Part shown: piece after piece, positions 1-10,525 of the stretch
Layout: each line of letters opens with the position of its first letter
Numbering within the stretch: the first letter of the stretch is position 1
Source: Synechococcus sp. UW140
Lineage (GTDB): Bacteria > Bacteroidota > Bacteroidia > Chitinophagales > Chitinophagaceae
DNA: 64,000 nt
Assembly: GCA_943371295.1 (NCBI GenBank)
Contig: CALRUG020000001.1
Span: 7,677-71,676, forward strand
Direction: 5' to 3'
Notes under the pieces: generated by a model
Databases searched by the model: none
The model's input: the letters and a program-made list of their open reading frames with translations, nothing else
What the model was told of the DNA's origin: nothing
Program-made: the position numbers and the translations under genes

Positions 1-1485
1 TTATGGGAAAAGATTGCCGCTCAAGACTTATCAGGTCCTAAAGACGGTTTTGATGAATTCGTCCAACATAAATTATACAACCATATTGTGGATGTACCAG
101 CGAATTTTTGGGAAAGAATTAAACCAGAAGAAGAAAAAAGAAGAAGATTCTTTATATGGATTCCTAAAAAATACATGGCAGCCGCTTCAATCTTATTGCT
201 TTTATTAGTTGGAACTTCCGCTGCCTATCTATTCGTTAACGGAAATCCTTTCACAAGCGAAGAAACAGAACTGCTGCAACTAGAAAACCCTTCAAACGAG
301 CAAACTACAACCCCTCCAATTAAAAATATACAAGAAGAAAAGCAATCCGCTATTTCTATCAAGGTAGACAGTATTCAAGAAAAACATGAAGCTACAACAG
401 TAGCAAATGAAAACAGTACAACTAAATCAAGTGTAGTAGCTGAATCTAAAACTGGTTGGAAATTAAATAAGAAAAATATTACCCAATCGTTTAAGCAAGT
501 TGAATCTGTTTTCCCATTTGACCAATCAATCAAAAATAAAAACCAGGAAATTACAGAAGGCAACGTATCAAGAAATAAATCATCTGAAATAGCCCAATTT
601 GAGGAAGAGGTGGAAATGTATGAGCCTACAGAAAAAGCAGGCAATGCTTTTATTAAACAAAAGAGAAACCTATCCGCCCTTTTCAATAAGGAAATGAACG
701 CCTATCATCATGCGTCTAGTTTTAAGAATGTAGTAATCTGCCCTACAGATAGAAAAATCAGAAATACAGATTGGGATTTGGAAGTATTTGTTTCACCAGA
801 TATGCCTTTTAAAACAGTTACCAACAATACGGCTAGCGCACAGTTATTAAGTAGAAAAGACAGTAGCGAATCTATGAGACCAGGCTTTTCAGCGGGATTC
901 AGAATTGTTAAACCGTTTAGCGATAACTTCTCCATTAAAACAGGTTTACAGTATTCTCAAATTAACGAGCGATTCACCTATAGAACAGAGAACGAAGCAA
1001 GAACAACTACCGTTGTTACCGTAAGATCAATTATAAGAGCTCCAGGAGATACATTAATTGTTAGAGACACTAGTACACTAACACAAATAGGATTTAAAAC
1101 CAATACAGTTAAAAATAGGTTTAGAAGTTTAGACATCCCTGTACTTGCTAGTTACCAAGTTGGAAATGACGACTTTAGTATTGGACTTACTACAGGTGTT
1201 ATTGTGAATTTATCAAGCTGGTATCAAGGCGTAATGTTAGACAGTAGCTTAGCAGCTGTTCCTTTAAGTAAAGAAACCAATATGGTTTATAAAAGCAATA
1301 TTGGTTTGGGATTATATGCAGGTATAACAGTGAACAAAAGAATCAATTACAACACCCAATTATTTTTTGAACCTTATTTTAGATACAATCTGTCGAATAT
1401 GACCAACCCAGAAGCTGCATTTAATCAAAGATTCAGTATTGGGGGGTTAGCAATGGGACTAAGATTTAATTTAACCAAAAGGTAG
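1..1485 (+). CDS. Outer-membrane beta-barrel (PorT-like) domain protein with N-terminal anti-sigma-like segment; 5' end lies outside the window
   Basis: Frame 1 is open from base 1 (LWEKIAAQDLSGPKDGFDEFVQHKLYNHIVDVPANFWERI). A TM helix (MAAASILLLLLVGTSAAYLF) is followed by a low-complexity linker and a C-terminal alternating beta-strand region ending GLRFNL. Confidence 0.6.
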   Translation, partial: LWEKIAAQDLSGPKDGFDEFVQHKLYNHIVDVPANFWERIKPEEEKRRRFFIWIPKKYMAAASILLLLLVGTSAAYLFVNGNPFTSEETELLQLENPSNEQTTTPPIKNIQEEKQSAISIKVDSIQEKHEATTVANENSTTKSSVVAESKTGWKLNKKNITQSFKQVESVFPFDQSIKNKNQEITEGNVSRNKSSEIAQFEEEVEMYEPTEKAGNAFIKQKRNLSALFNKEMNAYHHASSFKNVVICPTDRKIRNTDWDLEVFVSPDMPFKTVTNNTASAQLLSRKDSSESMRPGFSAGFRIVKPFSDNFSIKTGLQYSQINERFTYRTENEARTTTVVTVRSIIRAPGDTLIVRDTSTLTQIGFKTNTVKNRFRSLDIPVLASYQVGNDDFSIGLTTGVIVNLSSWYQGVMLDSSLAAVPLSKETNMVYKSNIGLGLYAGITVNKRINYNTQLFFEPYFRYNLSNMTNPEAAFNQRFSIGGLAMGLRFNLTKR

Positions 1486-1520
1486 GCAACAATAGAACTA
1501 AACAAAGTATCTCGATAGTA

Positions 1521-2549
1521 ATGTTATTCAAAATCAGTAAATATTATCTTTTTGCAGCAATCGGTTTAGTATTGTTGGCATCCTGCAATAAGGAGATATC
1601 GAATGGTAATTTTACTACCTATACTGGCAATGAATTAAATGATACTACTTGGTCCTACTCTACTACAACTAGTTTGGCATTACAAAGAATTACAGATTCC
1701 ACTGCCGTTTATAAACATATAGATACTTTATTGGGATCGAATGGCAAGACCATTGAATTTTCTGACCATTTCAGTTTAATACTTCCTCCCAATGCTTTCA
1801 TCACGAATACTGGAGCACCCGTTAATGGCACAATAACGATTAGAGGAATGTTTTTAGAAGATAAATCAGCATTTATTCGTAGCGTAAAGTCTTCATTACA
1901 TCATGAAAACTTATTGGAATCAGATCTTGCATTCTGCATTATTGCCACTTCCAATGGACAAGAATTAAGCATTGCACCTGGCGTAAACTATACCATCCGA
2001 GTGGGAAACAAAGACAATATTGCAAAGCAAGGGATGGTGATTTATAAAGGGGATGAGTCAATTGTTTATACTACACAATTACTGATAGACCCTCTATTTA
2101 CTTGGAATAATAATACCTCACAAGATTATCAACAATCCCTATTTAAAAAGCCAGGGAATAGTGGTTCTAAAGAAATTGAACGTTATGAAATAACTACCAA
2201 CAAGTTAAGATGGATTTCATTGGCGAGACCATTGAGTAATATTGGTTCACAAGGTAAATTCAATATTATTTTACCACCCAATTTTACCAATAAAAATACT
2301 ATTGCATTTGTTACAACAGACGACTACAATACAGTGATTCAATTAAAGCCAGAATTATCTAGTAGAAGTTTTACAGCTACTAATATTCCCTTACAAAAGA
2401 AGATTCATATTGTTACGATATCATTGATTGGTACACAATTTTACTACAGCGAACAAAGTATAAAAGCATTAAATAATACAGCAGTTCTTTCTTTGAAACC
2501 GCAGAAGATATCATTAGGAAGTATTATTTCCTACTTAAAGAAACTCTAA
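1521..2549 (+). CDS. Hypothetical lipoprotein
   Basis: Signal peptide II lipobox (VLLASC); 342 aa ORF. Confidence 0.65.
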   Translation: MLFKISKYYLFAAIGLVLLASCNKEISNGNFTTYTGNELNDTTWSYSTTTSLALQRITDSTAVYKHIDTLLGSNGKTIEFSDHFSLILPPNAFITNTGAPVNGTITIRGMFLEDKSAFIRSVKSSLHHENLLESDLAFCIIATSNGQELSIAPGVNYTIRVGNKDNIAKQGMVIYKGDESIVYTTQLLIDPLFTWNNNTSQDYQQSLFKKPGNSGSKEIERYEITTNKLRWISLARPLSNIGSQGKFNIILPPNFTNKNTIAFVTTDDYNTVIQLKPELSSRSFTATNIPLQKKIHIVTISLIGTQFYYSEQSIKALNNTAVLSLKPQKISLGSIISYLKKL

Positions 2550-2606
2550 ATAGTTCATGACGCATATCGGGGGATATGCTGGCCCTACATTATTGCAGGG
2601 CCATTT

Positions 2607-3830
2607 TTATTTTTTTACTCGTTTAACATGTAAAGCTTTGTAAGCCCATATTAAACTAAACAACATAAATAAAGCCCCCAATAAGAATGAAGCACCTGGG
2701 AAATAAAATGGTGCCGCATCACCAGCAAAATAAGCAAATGTACCAGTCATAATAATCGGTCCAACTATAGATGTGGCACTTATTAAACTGGTCAATGCGC
2801 CTTGCAGTTCGCCTTGTTCATTAGAAGGAACATTACCAGTAATAATGGACTGTAAAGCTGGTCCAGCAATTCCTCCTAAACAATAGGGAATCAAAAACAC
2901 AAACATCATCCAACTTTCTGCTGCAAAAGCAAAAAGAATTAATCCAGTGGTATACAAAGTAAGTCCTAAATAAACACTTTTCTCATTTCCTATTTTAGGA
3001 TTAATCACCCTGATTAATCCTCCCTGAACTACTGTTACCAATATTCCCACTACACCAAGGGATATTCCAATCATTCTGGGAGTCCATTTAAATTTTTCAA
3101 TATTTACAAAACTCCAATTACTCTGCACTGCATGAGCAGCCAAATAAATCAAGACCAATGATCCTATCAAACCAGTTACAGCAGGATATTTTTTTAATTG
3201 CAATAGAGACCCCATAGGATTAGCGCGCTTCCATTCAAAAGGTCTACGTAAAGATGGATCTAATGATTCTGGTAAAACAAAATACCCATATAACCAATTA
3301 GCCAATGCCAAACCTGCTGCTACAAAGAATGGAACCCTTGATCCATACTCGCCTAATAAGCCTCCCAACATTGGGCCAATAATAAAGCCTAATCCAAATG
3401 CCGCTCCAATCATTCCAAAATTTTGTGCCCTATTCTCAGGCGTACTAATATCCGCCATATAAGCGGATGCGGTTGTTATGCTCCCCCCTGTGATACCTGC
3501 AATAATTCTTCCTACAAATAACCACATGATTGTTGGTGCAAATGCCACAAATAAATAATCAAGACCAAAACCAAATAATGAAAATAATAAGACAGGCCTA
3601 CGTCCATATTGATCACTCAAATTGCCTAAAATGGGAGAAACTAAAAATTGCATAAATGCATAAGAGAAAGTAAGCCATCCTCCGTATTGTGATGCTAAAC
3701 TTGCACTACTATCGTGCACCAATTCTTCAATCAATTTGGGTACTACAGGAATAATTAATCCAATACCAATTACATCAATTAATATGGTGATGAAAATAAA
3801 ACCTACTGCTGCTTTTTTATTAGATGCCAT
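2607..3830 (-). CDS. MFS transporter, TCR/Tet (DHA1) family
   Basis: 12 TM pattern; motif A ([13 protein letters not shown]); motif C ([10 protein letters not shown]). Confidence 0.9.
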   Translation of the reverse strand: MASNKKAAVGFIFITILIDVIGIGLIIPVVPKLIEELVHDSSASLASQYGGWLTFSYAFMQFLVSPILGNLSDQYGRRPVLLFSLFGFGLDYLFVAFAPTIMWLFVGRIIAGITGGSITTASAYMADISTPENRAQNFGMIGAAFGLGFIIGPMLGGLLGEYGSRVPFFVAAGLALANWLYGYFVLPESLDPSLRRPFEWKRANPMGSLLQLKKYPAVTGLIGSLVLIYLAAHAVQSNWSFVNIEKFKWTPRMIGISLGVVGILVTVVQGGLIRVINPKIGNEKSVYLGLTLYTTGLILFAFAAESWMMFVFLIPYCLGGIAGPALQSIITGNVPSNEQGELQGALTSLISATSIVGPIIMTGTFAYFAGDAAPFYFPGASFLLGALFMLFSLIWAYKALHVKRVKK

Positions 3831-3878
3831 AAACTACACATTAACAATTGTAGCAAATATGCTTTAAATAAAGGAAGA

Positions 3879-4937
3879 TTAAGCCATTGTTCTACTAACA
3901 CCAGGAATTTCTAAAACCAAATCGGCTCCGTAGCAAGCTGCGGGCGTTTGATAGCCTGGCTTAAAATTTCCTGAAAGCACTTTTTGAAGTATAATCAAAC
4001 TGCTTATTGCGGTTAAGGTATACCCTTCTGGCCCTTCGATATTGGCTTTTAAAGTATTCCCTTCGGCATTGGTTACTTCGCCCCAAACCAAAGACTTTGC
4101 TTTTTTACGCATTGCCTCATTGGGACCCGCAGGCATTTTTTTAATTTTCTTTTTATAATAATTACGAACAAATGAAAGCTTGAGTACCCAATTGTATAAC
4201 CCTTGCCATTTTAACATTGAAAAAGTTTTAGGAGATACAGAAGTATAGGTTTCAATATTGGGTATGCCTGTAGTAGTATAAGCAGTTGAAATATCCCCCC
4301 AAGGAATGGTCATTGTAAATAATTTTTTACCAGTAAAATGGACCCACATTCCTTTATGTCCTAGAGGTTTTCTGATAATTTTTCCATTCTCTCTAATAGC
4401 ACCACCCTCTCCCATTCCTTCAGCCATTGTGGTTGCAGTACCATGAGACAATTTCCCTCCAACAGATGCAAAAGCCAATTTCAAATGCGTAGCGTTGGGC
4501 ATTTGATCAAATAGAAATTTAGCCATACAATCTGTGGGCACTACATCAAAACCCACACCTGGCATCACCATTCTTCCTTTTTGCTCAAACTGCGTACCCA
4601 TTTTTTTCAACAATTCAAACACCCCAATTTCACCAGTAATATCTAAATAATGAACTTCTGCTTTTATACAAGCTTTGGCCATTTTCAATGCCGTATGCAT
4701 AAATGGACCAGCAGCATGCAATACCACTTTGAATGATTGCAGTACTTCATTCAATTTCACTTCGTCATCTAAGTCTACCACTCGATAGTCTAATGACAAT
4801 TCATTAGCCATTAAAGACAAAGCCGCTTCATTTCTTCCTGCTAAAACAGGAACAAGATTAAACTCATGCGCCAATGAAGCAATTAGCCTTCCGGTATAAC
4901 CGTTTGCGCCGTATAATAGAAATGTATTTTCTTGCAT
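3879..4937 (-). CDS. Saccharopine dehydrogenase-like / trans-acting enoyl reductase family oxidoreductase
   Basis: Rossmann motif LYGANGYTG; AAGPF; YLDITGE; GFDVVPTD. Confidence 0.85.
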   Translation of the reverse strand: MQENTFLLYGANGYTGRLIASLAHEFNLVPVLAGRNEAALSLMANELSLDYRVVDLDDEVKLNEVLQSFKVVLHAAGPFMHTALKMAKACIKAEVHYLDITGEIGVFELLKKMGTQFEQKGRMVMPGVGFDVVPTDCMAKFLFDQMPNATHLKLAFASVGGKLSHGTATTMAEGMGEGGAIRENGKIIRKPLGHKGMWVHFTGKKLFTMTIPWGDISTAYTTTGIPNIETYTSVSPKTFSMLKWQGLYNWVLKLSFVRNYYKKKIKKMPAGPNEAMRKKAKSLVWGEVTNAEGNTLKANIEGPEGYTLTAISSLIILQKVLSGNFKPGYQTPAACYGADLVLEIPGVSRTMA

Positions 4938-4951
4938 ACTGTAAAATACAA

Positions 4952-4979
4952 AATCCCGACAACAAATGCTGCCGGGATT
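4952..4979 (-). terminator. Probable intrinsic terminator of the DUF4382 gene
   Basis: AATCCCG...CGGGATT inverted repeat followed on the minus strand by a U-rich tract. Confidence 0.55.
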
Positions 4980-5005
4980 CTATAATAGAGGGGATTTAGA
5001 ACAAA

Positions 5006-5878
5006 CTATTTCTTTAGGGTAATTAAACCGAGTTGTGCTTCTTTGGTTTTTGACACCACAACATAATTGATGGTTGTGTCTGCATATCCATTGGATGCAT
5101 TCACAAATACACTATAAGTACCATCGGCTAATCCACGAATCTTAAAATACCCTTCATGATTCGGTAAAGCGTATGCTGTGTCTTTGTTATTGAAGACAGT
5201 GATAACAGCTTGTGCTTCTTTTGGAGTTACTTTTCCTGATATTCCTGCTGTCGCTTTTACAGTAAAGAATTTAATATAAGGCTTTAAGTAAAACTGATTA
5301 TTTTTCTCAACGATAGATCTACTGATATCAAAATCTAACCAAAGTCTTGAACGATTGGGCATGAATTCATCCCACTCTCCACCTTTTAATTTAATTAACA
5401 CATAAGGCTTTTCATTAAATGGAATGTTTAATGGATACGTAACACTATCTTTTACTAAAGTATGTGTAGTACCTAATTCAATTTTAATTAAACGAATGGC
5501 TCCTTTAAAAACTGTTTTGGTAGCCAATAAGGTATCTACACCGTTACGTAATTTTAAAATATCATATACGCCAGCTTTTATACCAAGGTCTTGCCATACC
5601 AATGAAGAATCATTTTTTTCATGTCTTGAACTTCCAATTCTATCCCAATCACAGGTATCTTTTTTACGCGTGTCTTTACTCGTATCAATCAGTAACGACA
5701 CCGATTTGATATCAATAAATACATTGTCAAAAACGCCTGGAGCATCAGTTAAATACAAGGATACAGACTGAGTGCCCATAGGGCTTTCAACGGAGGCAGA
5801 TTTGTTACAAGCTGTAAACACAAAGGACACTAAAATTGCTGCTGCAGCAATAAAATAAAGGGGGTTTGTTTTTTTCAT
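5006..5878 (-). CDS. DUF4382 domain lipoprotein with C-terminal carboxypeptidase-regulatory-like domain
   Basis: Lipobox FTAC; LYLTDAP...VFIDIKSV; LDFDISRSIV; GYFKIRGLADGTYSV. Confidence 0.8.
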   Translation of the reverse strand: MKKTNPLYFIAAAAILVSFVFTACNKSASVESPMGTQSVSLYLTDAPGVFDNVFIDIKSVSLLIDTSKDTRKKDTCDWDRIGSSRHEKNDSSLVWQDLGIKAGVYDILKLRNGVDTLLATKTVFKGAIRLIKIELGTTHTLVKDSVTYPLNIPFNEKPYVLIKLKGGEWDEFMPNRSRLWLDFDISRSIVEKNNQFYLKPYIKFFTVKATAGISGKVTPKEAQAVITVFNNKDTAYALPNHEGYFKIRGLADGTYSVFVNASNGYADTTINYVVVSKTKEAQLGLITLKK

Positions 5879-6084
5879 GGTTCAAAGTTTTAGTGTAGCA
5901 TTATGCCATCGATTCATTTTTTGTTAATTCAATAATATTACAGGCCGCATTACACAGCAGGATTTTCTCAAGCAAATAGTTTTAAGGAATAAAGCCGAAA
6001 TAATTGATTGGCTTATATACAAGAGAGATGCAGGCAAATTCTATGCCGTTGCCTGTTAAATCAATTTTAACAAAAAAATTTTTT

Positions 6085-6759
6085 TTACCATGCAGCTATT
6101 ATAGCAGCAATATCTTTTAAAGAAGGTTTCTTTTTTGTTTTATTGTATGAAGAAGGAATGAATGATGCATCACTCTTAAATAATTCTTCTAAAGATTTTC
6201 CCTTCACCCCTATTAATTCTGAAGTTGCTATATTATATAAATAGGATTCATTAAAATATCGAAACTCTTTGCCACCAGTAGATTTACCATAATCATAGGT
6301 ATCCGCAGCCTTTTTTTGAACCAATTCGAATAAGTTATATTTTTTGCCACTTGCTTTTAATTCATATAAGAAAGGACTATCGGTAGACAATTTGATAAAA
6401 ACAGTTGAATCAAGTCTTCCCTCTGTGCTATATAGTAAAGTGATTTTCTTAACCGGTTCTATAAATTGAAACTCTGCATCTTTTTCTAAGAAATGTATAT
6501 TCCCATTGACCAAATTCACAATCAATTTCATATCATTAAAAGTTCTACCACTGAACATTTCAACTTTTGCTTTACACCATTCATCTTTCCAAAGTGGACT
6601 TCCTTTAATATAACCAATATTCGCCGTCAGCGGATTCCCTCTCTCATCGTACACTTCAATAAAATTGGTAATGGGCTTTGCTACATAAAAATTTTGAGCA
6701 AACAAAAAAGTGTTGAACAATATAAACAAGAGACTAAGTAAATATTTCATAAACTTCAT
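6085..6759 (-). CDS. Hypothetical secreted protein
   Basis: Signal peptide ending LFAQ; KGSPLWKDEW motif; 224 aa. Confidence 0.6.
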   Translation of the reverse strand: MKFMKYLLSLLFILFNTFLFAQNFYVAKPITNFIEVYDERGNPLTANIGYIKGSPLWKDEWCKAKVEMFSGRTFNDMKLIVNLVNGNIHFLEKDAEFQFIEPVKKITLLYSTEGRLDSTVFIKLSTDSPFLYELKASGKKYNLFELVQKKAADTYDYGKSTGGKEFRYFNESYLYNIATSELIGVKGKSLEELFKSDASFIPSSYNKTKKKPSLKDIAAIIAAW

Positions 6760-6812
6760 TTCCCTAATTTACAACATTCAACACTTTTATAGCAGAAATA
6801 CTCCATAATGAT

Positions 6813-9407
6813 TTAGTCGTTTCTGAAAACCACCAAACCGTCAAAAACATCTACTAGAACAGGTTGCGTTTTATCTATATCGCCAGAAAGAATTTTTTTA
6901 CTCAACGCATTTACAATGAGTTTTTGTATTAAACGCTTCAATGGTCTAGCACCTAATTGTGCATCAAATCCTTGTTCAATTAAATAGTCAACTAAATAGT
7001 CACTGAATTTTAATGCAATATCATTTTCAGCCACTAATTTTCGAAGCCCTTCTAATTGAATGGTCACAATTCCTCTAAGCTGTTTTTTATTTAAAGGGCT
7101 GAACATGATAATTTCATCAACCCTATTTAAAAACTCTGGTCTGATGGTTTGTTTAAGTAACCCCATTACTTCCGTCTTCGCTTTTTCTGTTGCTTCTTCA
7201 ATTCCAGTTTCAGTTACACCTTCAAAAGCTTCTTGAATTAAATGGCTTCCGATATTACTGGTCATAATAATAATGGTATTCTTGAAATTCACCATCCTAC
7301 CCTTATTATCAGTTAATCTTCCATCATCCAATACTTGCAACATCACATTCCAAACATCAGGATGCGCTTTCTCTATTTCATCCAACAATACCACACTGTA
7401 AGGCTTTCTTCTAACAGCTTCAGTAAGTTGACCACCTTCATCGTAACCCACATATCCTGGAGGAGCACCAATTAAGCGAGAAACAGTATGCTTCTCTTGG
7501 TATTCACTCATATCAATACGGGTCATCATGGTTTCATCGTCAAATAAATATTCAGCCAATGCTTTTGCCAATTCAGTTTTACCCACACCAGTGGTACCTA
7601 AGAAAATAAATGATCCAATAGGTTTTTTGGGATCTTGTAATCCGGCCCTACTTCTTCTGATGGCATCCGATACAGCACTAATAGCTTCTTCTTGACCAAC
7701 TACTCTACTATGCAATTCATCTTCTAAATGCAATAACTTTTCTCTCTCACCTTGCAACATTTTCGCAACAGGTATCCCAGTAGCTTTTGCAATACTTTCC
7801 GCTATATCTTCCGCATCCACTTCTTCCTTTAATAATCTTTTTTCAGAAGAATTTAATAGTTGCTCAGTTACAGCAGCAATCAATGTTTCTTGCTCTTTCA
7901 CTTTACCATAGCGAATTTCTGCTACTTTACCATATTCACCATTGCGTTCAGCTTGTTCCGCCTCTTGCTTTAGTTGTTCAATTTTAGCTTTAGCAGATTG
8001 CACTTTTTCCACCAATTCTTTTTCTTGGGTCCATTTCGCTTTTAATGTATCCCTTTCAACCGCAAGATTGCTTATTTCAATATTGAGTTCTTTTAATTTG
8101 TCTTCATCGTCTTCGCGCTTGATGGCTTCTCTTTCAATTTCTAGCTGCCTAATTTGTCTTTCTAACTTATCCAATTCCTCTGGCATTGAATTCATTTCAA
8201 GTCTCAACTTTGCAGCGCTTTCATCTATCAAGTCGATGGCTTTATCTGGTAAAAAACGATCCGTCACATACCTGTTAGATAATTCAACAGCAGCAATGAT
8301 TGCTTCGTCTTTTATTCTTACATGGTGGTGGGTTTCATAGCGATCCTTTAATCCACGCAAAATAGATATCGCATCTTCTACAGTTGGTTCATCAATAATT
8401 ACTTTTTGAAATCTACGCTCTAATGCTTTATCTTTTTCAAAATATTTTTGGTATTCATTGAGTGTAGTGGCACCAATTGCTCGCAATTCGCCTCTTGCCA
8501 ATGCAGGCTTTAATATATTGGCAGCATCCATTGCTCCTTCTCCACCCCCAGCGCCAATTAAAGTATGTATCTCATCTATGAATAGAATAATTTCTCCATC
8601 ACTTGACGCAACTTCTTTAACCACTCCCTTTAATCTTTCTTCAAACTCGCCTTTGTATTTGGCACCAGCGATTAATTGTCCCATATCTAATCCATAAATC
8701 ACTTTAGACTTTAGATTTTCTGGAACATCCCCATTTACTATACGCATCGCCAATCCTTCCACGATAGCTGTTTTACCCACTCCTGGCTCACCCACTAAAA
8801 TGGGATTATTCTTTGAACGTCTGGTTAAAATATGCAGGGTTCTTCTAATTTCTTCGTCTCTACCAATTACTGGATCCAACTTGCCATTTCTGGCCATATC
8901 ATTCAGGTTCTTAGCAAACTTGTTCAGCATATTGAGCTGTGTTTCTTGTGCTTGAGATTGAATGGTATCTCCCTTACGCAAATCTTTAATGGCAGTGGTT
9001 AGTCCTTTTTCAGTTAAGCCCGCATTTTTCAACAGCTTACCGGTTGCATCGTTCATTTGCACCAATGCCATCAACAAGTGTTCTGGAGTAATGAATTCAT
9101 CTTTAAATAAACCCATTACTGCATTCGCTTTCAATAATGCATTGCTAAAATCTCTACCAGCTGTTTGAGCAGGTTCCCCGTCTTGAATTTTGGGTAACTT
9201 ATTAATCTGTTCTAACAACTTCGCTTCTAAAAAAGCAGGATTTACATTATTCTTTTTCAATAAGAAATCAATAGCAGAATCTTTTTCTGCCAACAATGCT
9301 TTTAACAAGTGATCTGTTTCAATAGAAGGATTGCTATTGGTATAAGCAATCTGTTGAGCAGATTGAATTGCTTCTTGCGCTTTAATGGTATAATTGTTCA
9401 GATTCAT
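6813..9407 (-). CDS. clpB: ATP-dependent chaperone ClpB
   Basis: Two AAA+ modules (GEPGVGKT, GTTGVGKT), LDPVIGRDEEIRR, coiled-coil middle domain. Start placed at MNLNNYT (9407) rather than 9437. Confidence 0.97.
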   Translation of the reverse strand: MNLNNYTIKAQEAIQSAQQIAYTNSNPSIETDHLLKALLAEKDSAIDFLLKKNNVNPAFLEAKLLEQINKLPKIQDGEPAQTAGRDFSNALLKANAVMGLFKDEFITPEHLLMALVQMNDATGKLLKNAGLTEKGLTTAIKDLRKGDTIQSQAQETQLNMLNKFAKNLNDMARNGKLDPVIGRDEEIRRTLHILTRRSKNNPILVGEPGVGKTAIVEGLAMRIVNGDVPENLKSKVIYGLDMGQLIAGAKYKGEFEERLKGVVKEVASSDGEIILFIDEIHTLIGAGGGEGAMDAANILKPALARGELRAIGATTLNEYQKYFEKDKALERRFQKVIIDEPTVEDAISILRGLKDRYETHHHVRIKDEAIIAAVELSNRYVTDRFLPDKAIDLIDESAAKLRLEMNSMPEELDKLERQIRQLEIEREAIKREDDEDKLKELNIEISNLAVERDTLKAKWTQEKELVEKVQSAKAKIEQLKQEAEQAERNGEYGKVAEIRYGKVKEQETLIAAVTEQLLNSSEKRLLKEEVDAEDIAESIAKATGIPVAKMLQGEREKLLHLEDELHSRVVGQEEAISAVSDAIRRSRAGLQDPKKPIGSFIFLGTTGVGKTELAKALAEYLFDDETMMTRIDMSEYQEKHTVSRLIGAPPGYVGYDEGGQLTEAVRRKPYSVVLLDEIEKAHPDVWNVMLQVLDDGRLTDNKGRMVNFKNTIIIMTSNIGSHLIQEAFEGVTETGIEEATEKAKTEVMGLLKQTIRPEFLNRVDEIIMFSPLNKKQLRGIVTIQLEGLRKLVAENDIALKFSDYLVDYLIEQGFDAQLGARPLKRLIQKLIVNALSKKILSGDIDKTQPVLVDVFDGLVVFRND

Positions 9408-9475
9408 AATTGTGTTGATTAACTTAACTTTATACAATCAATCAAACTACAATCCAAGCCAATAATTCGGAAATT

Positions 9476-10525
9476 ATGTCGCTAAAAAAAAGGAAAACAT
9501 GCGCAATAGTCAGCCTAGCAACGGTTTTACTGTTATTATTTCAGCCCGCCAAAGCGCAGTATAATTTTCAAAGTTTAGAATCAGCTATTATTTCTTCTAA
9601 CAAAGAGTTGGGCAAAGAGTATGTGATTTTGGTTTATAAGGATGGAAAAATCATTTTCTCTAAATCAGCTGGAGAATTTACTCCCAAAACACAAGCACCT
9701 ATAGCCAGTAGCAGCAAATGGTTAACTGCTGCGCTAATAATGGCATTAGTAGACGAAGGAAAAATTTCTTTAGATGATAAAATCAGTAAGTACTTACCAG
9801 TATTTACCAAATACAGTAAGGGATTCATTACCATCAGACATTGTTTAAGCCATTTAACTGGAATTGAGTCGGAGCCTATTAAATTAGCGAATATCATCAA
9901 AAGAAGCAGGTACAGCAGCTTAGAAGAAGAAGTGGAAGAATTTGCCACCAAAAAAGAAATTGTAGCAAATCCAGGATTGGAGTTCAGGTACAGCAATATA
10001 GGGATGAATATTGCAGGCAGGTTGATTGAAGTTGCCACTAGAAGAAGTTTTGAACAATTGATGCAAGAAAAAATATTAAGACCGCTACAAATGCGCAGCA
10101 CTAATTTCTCTTCTTTCAATGCAATCAATCCATCAGGAGGTGCACAATCAACTGCCAACGATTATATGAACTTTTGCTCCATGTTATTAAACAAGGGAAT
10201 GCACAATGGGAAACGTATTTTATCTGAAACATCTGTGCAATTATTAATGCAGGCACAAACCACTGCTCCCATGATTAAATATGCGCCCAAATCTGCAGAA
10301 GGATACAATTATGCATTGGGATCATGGATTCTACAAACCGATCAAAACGGCAATGCTGCTGTTTTGGCTTGTCCTGGTTTATTTGGAACTTGGCCTATGA
10401 TAGATTTATGCAGGAACTATGCAGTCGTATTTTTTGTAAAGGAATTTTTATCGGAAGAAAAGAAAGAAGTTTATTTAAAGTTGAAGGGAATTATTGACGA
10501 ACAAATAGTAGCCAATTGTAACTAA
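9476..10525 (+). CDS. Serine hydrolase, beta-lactamase class C/AmpC-like family
   Basis: SxxK (SSSK), LSHLTG, YSN motifs; signal peptide. Confidence 0.85.
   Translation: MSLKKRKTCAIVSLATVLLLLFQPAKAQYNFQSLESAIISSNKELGKEYVILVYKDGKIIFSKSAGEFTPKTQAPIASSSKWLTAALIMALVDEGKISLDDKISKYLPVFTKYSKGFITIRHCLSHLTGIESEPIKLANIIKRSRYSSLEEEVEEFATKKEIVANPGLEFRYSNIGMNIAGRLIEVATRRSFEQLMQEKILRPLQMRSTNFSSFNAINPSGGAQSTANDYMNFCSMLLNKGMHNGKRILSETSVQLLMQAQTTAPMIKYAPKSAEGYNYALGSWILQTDQNGNAAVLACPGLFGTWPMIDLCRNYAVVFFVKEFLSEEKKEVYLKLKGIIDEQIVANCN

Noticed and set aside
2562-2579. GCATATC-GGGG-GATATGC hairpin between convergent genes
   Set aside because: Possibly a weak terminator, but it has no U tract, so it is not supported enough to call.
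2607-3830. Tetracycline resistance gene tetA
   Set aside because: Family-level similarity only; housekeeping context, no tetR and no mobile element.
9476-10525. Acquired beta-lactamase
   Set aside because: SxxK serine hydrolase family members are mostly esterases/peptidases; core-genome context.
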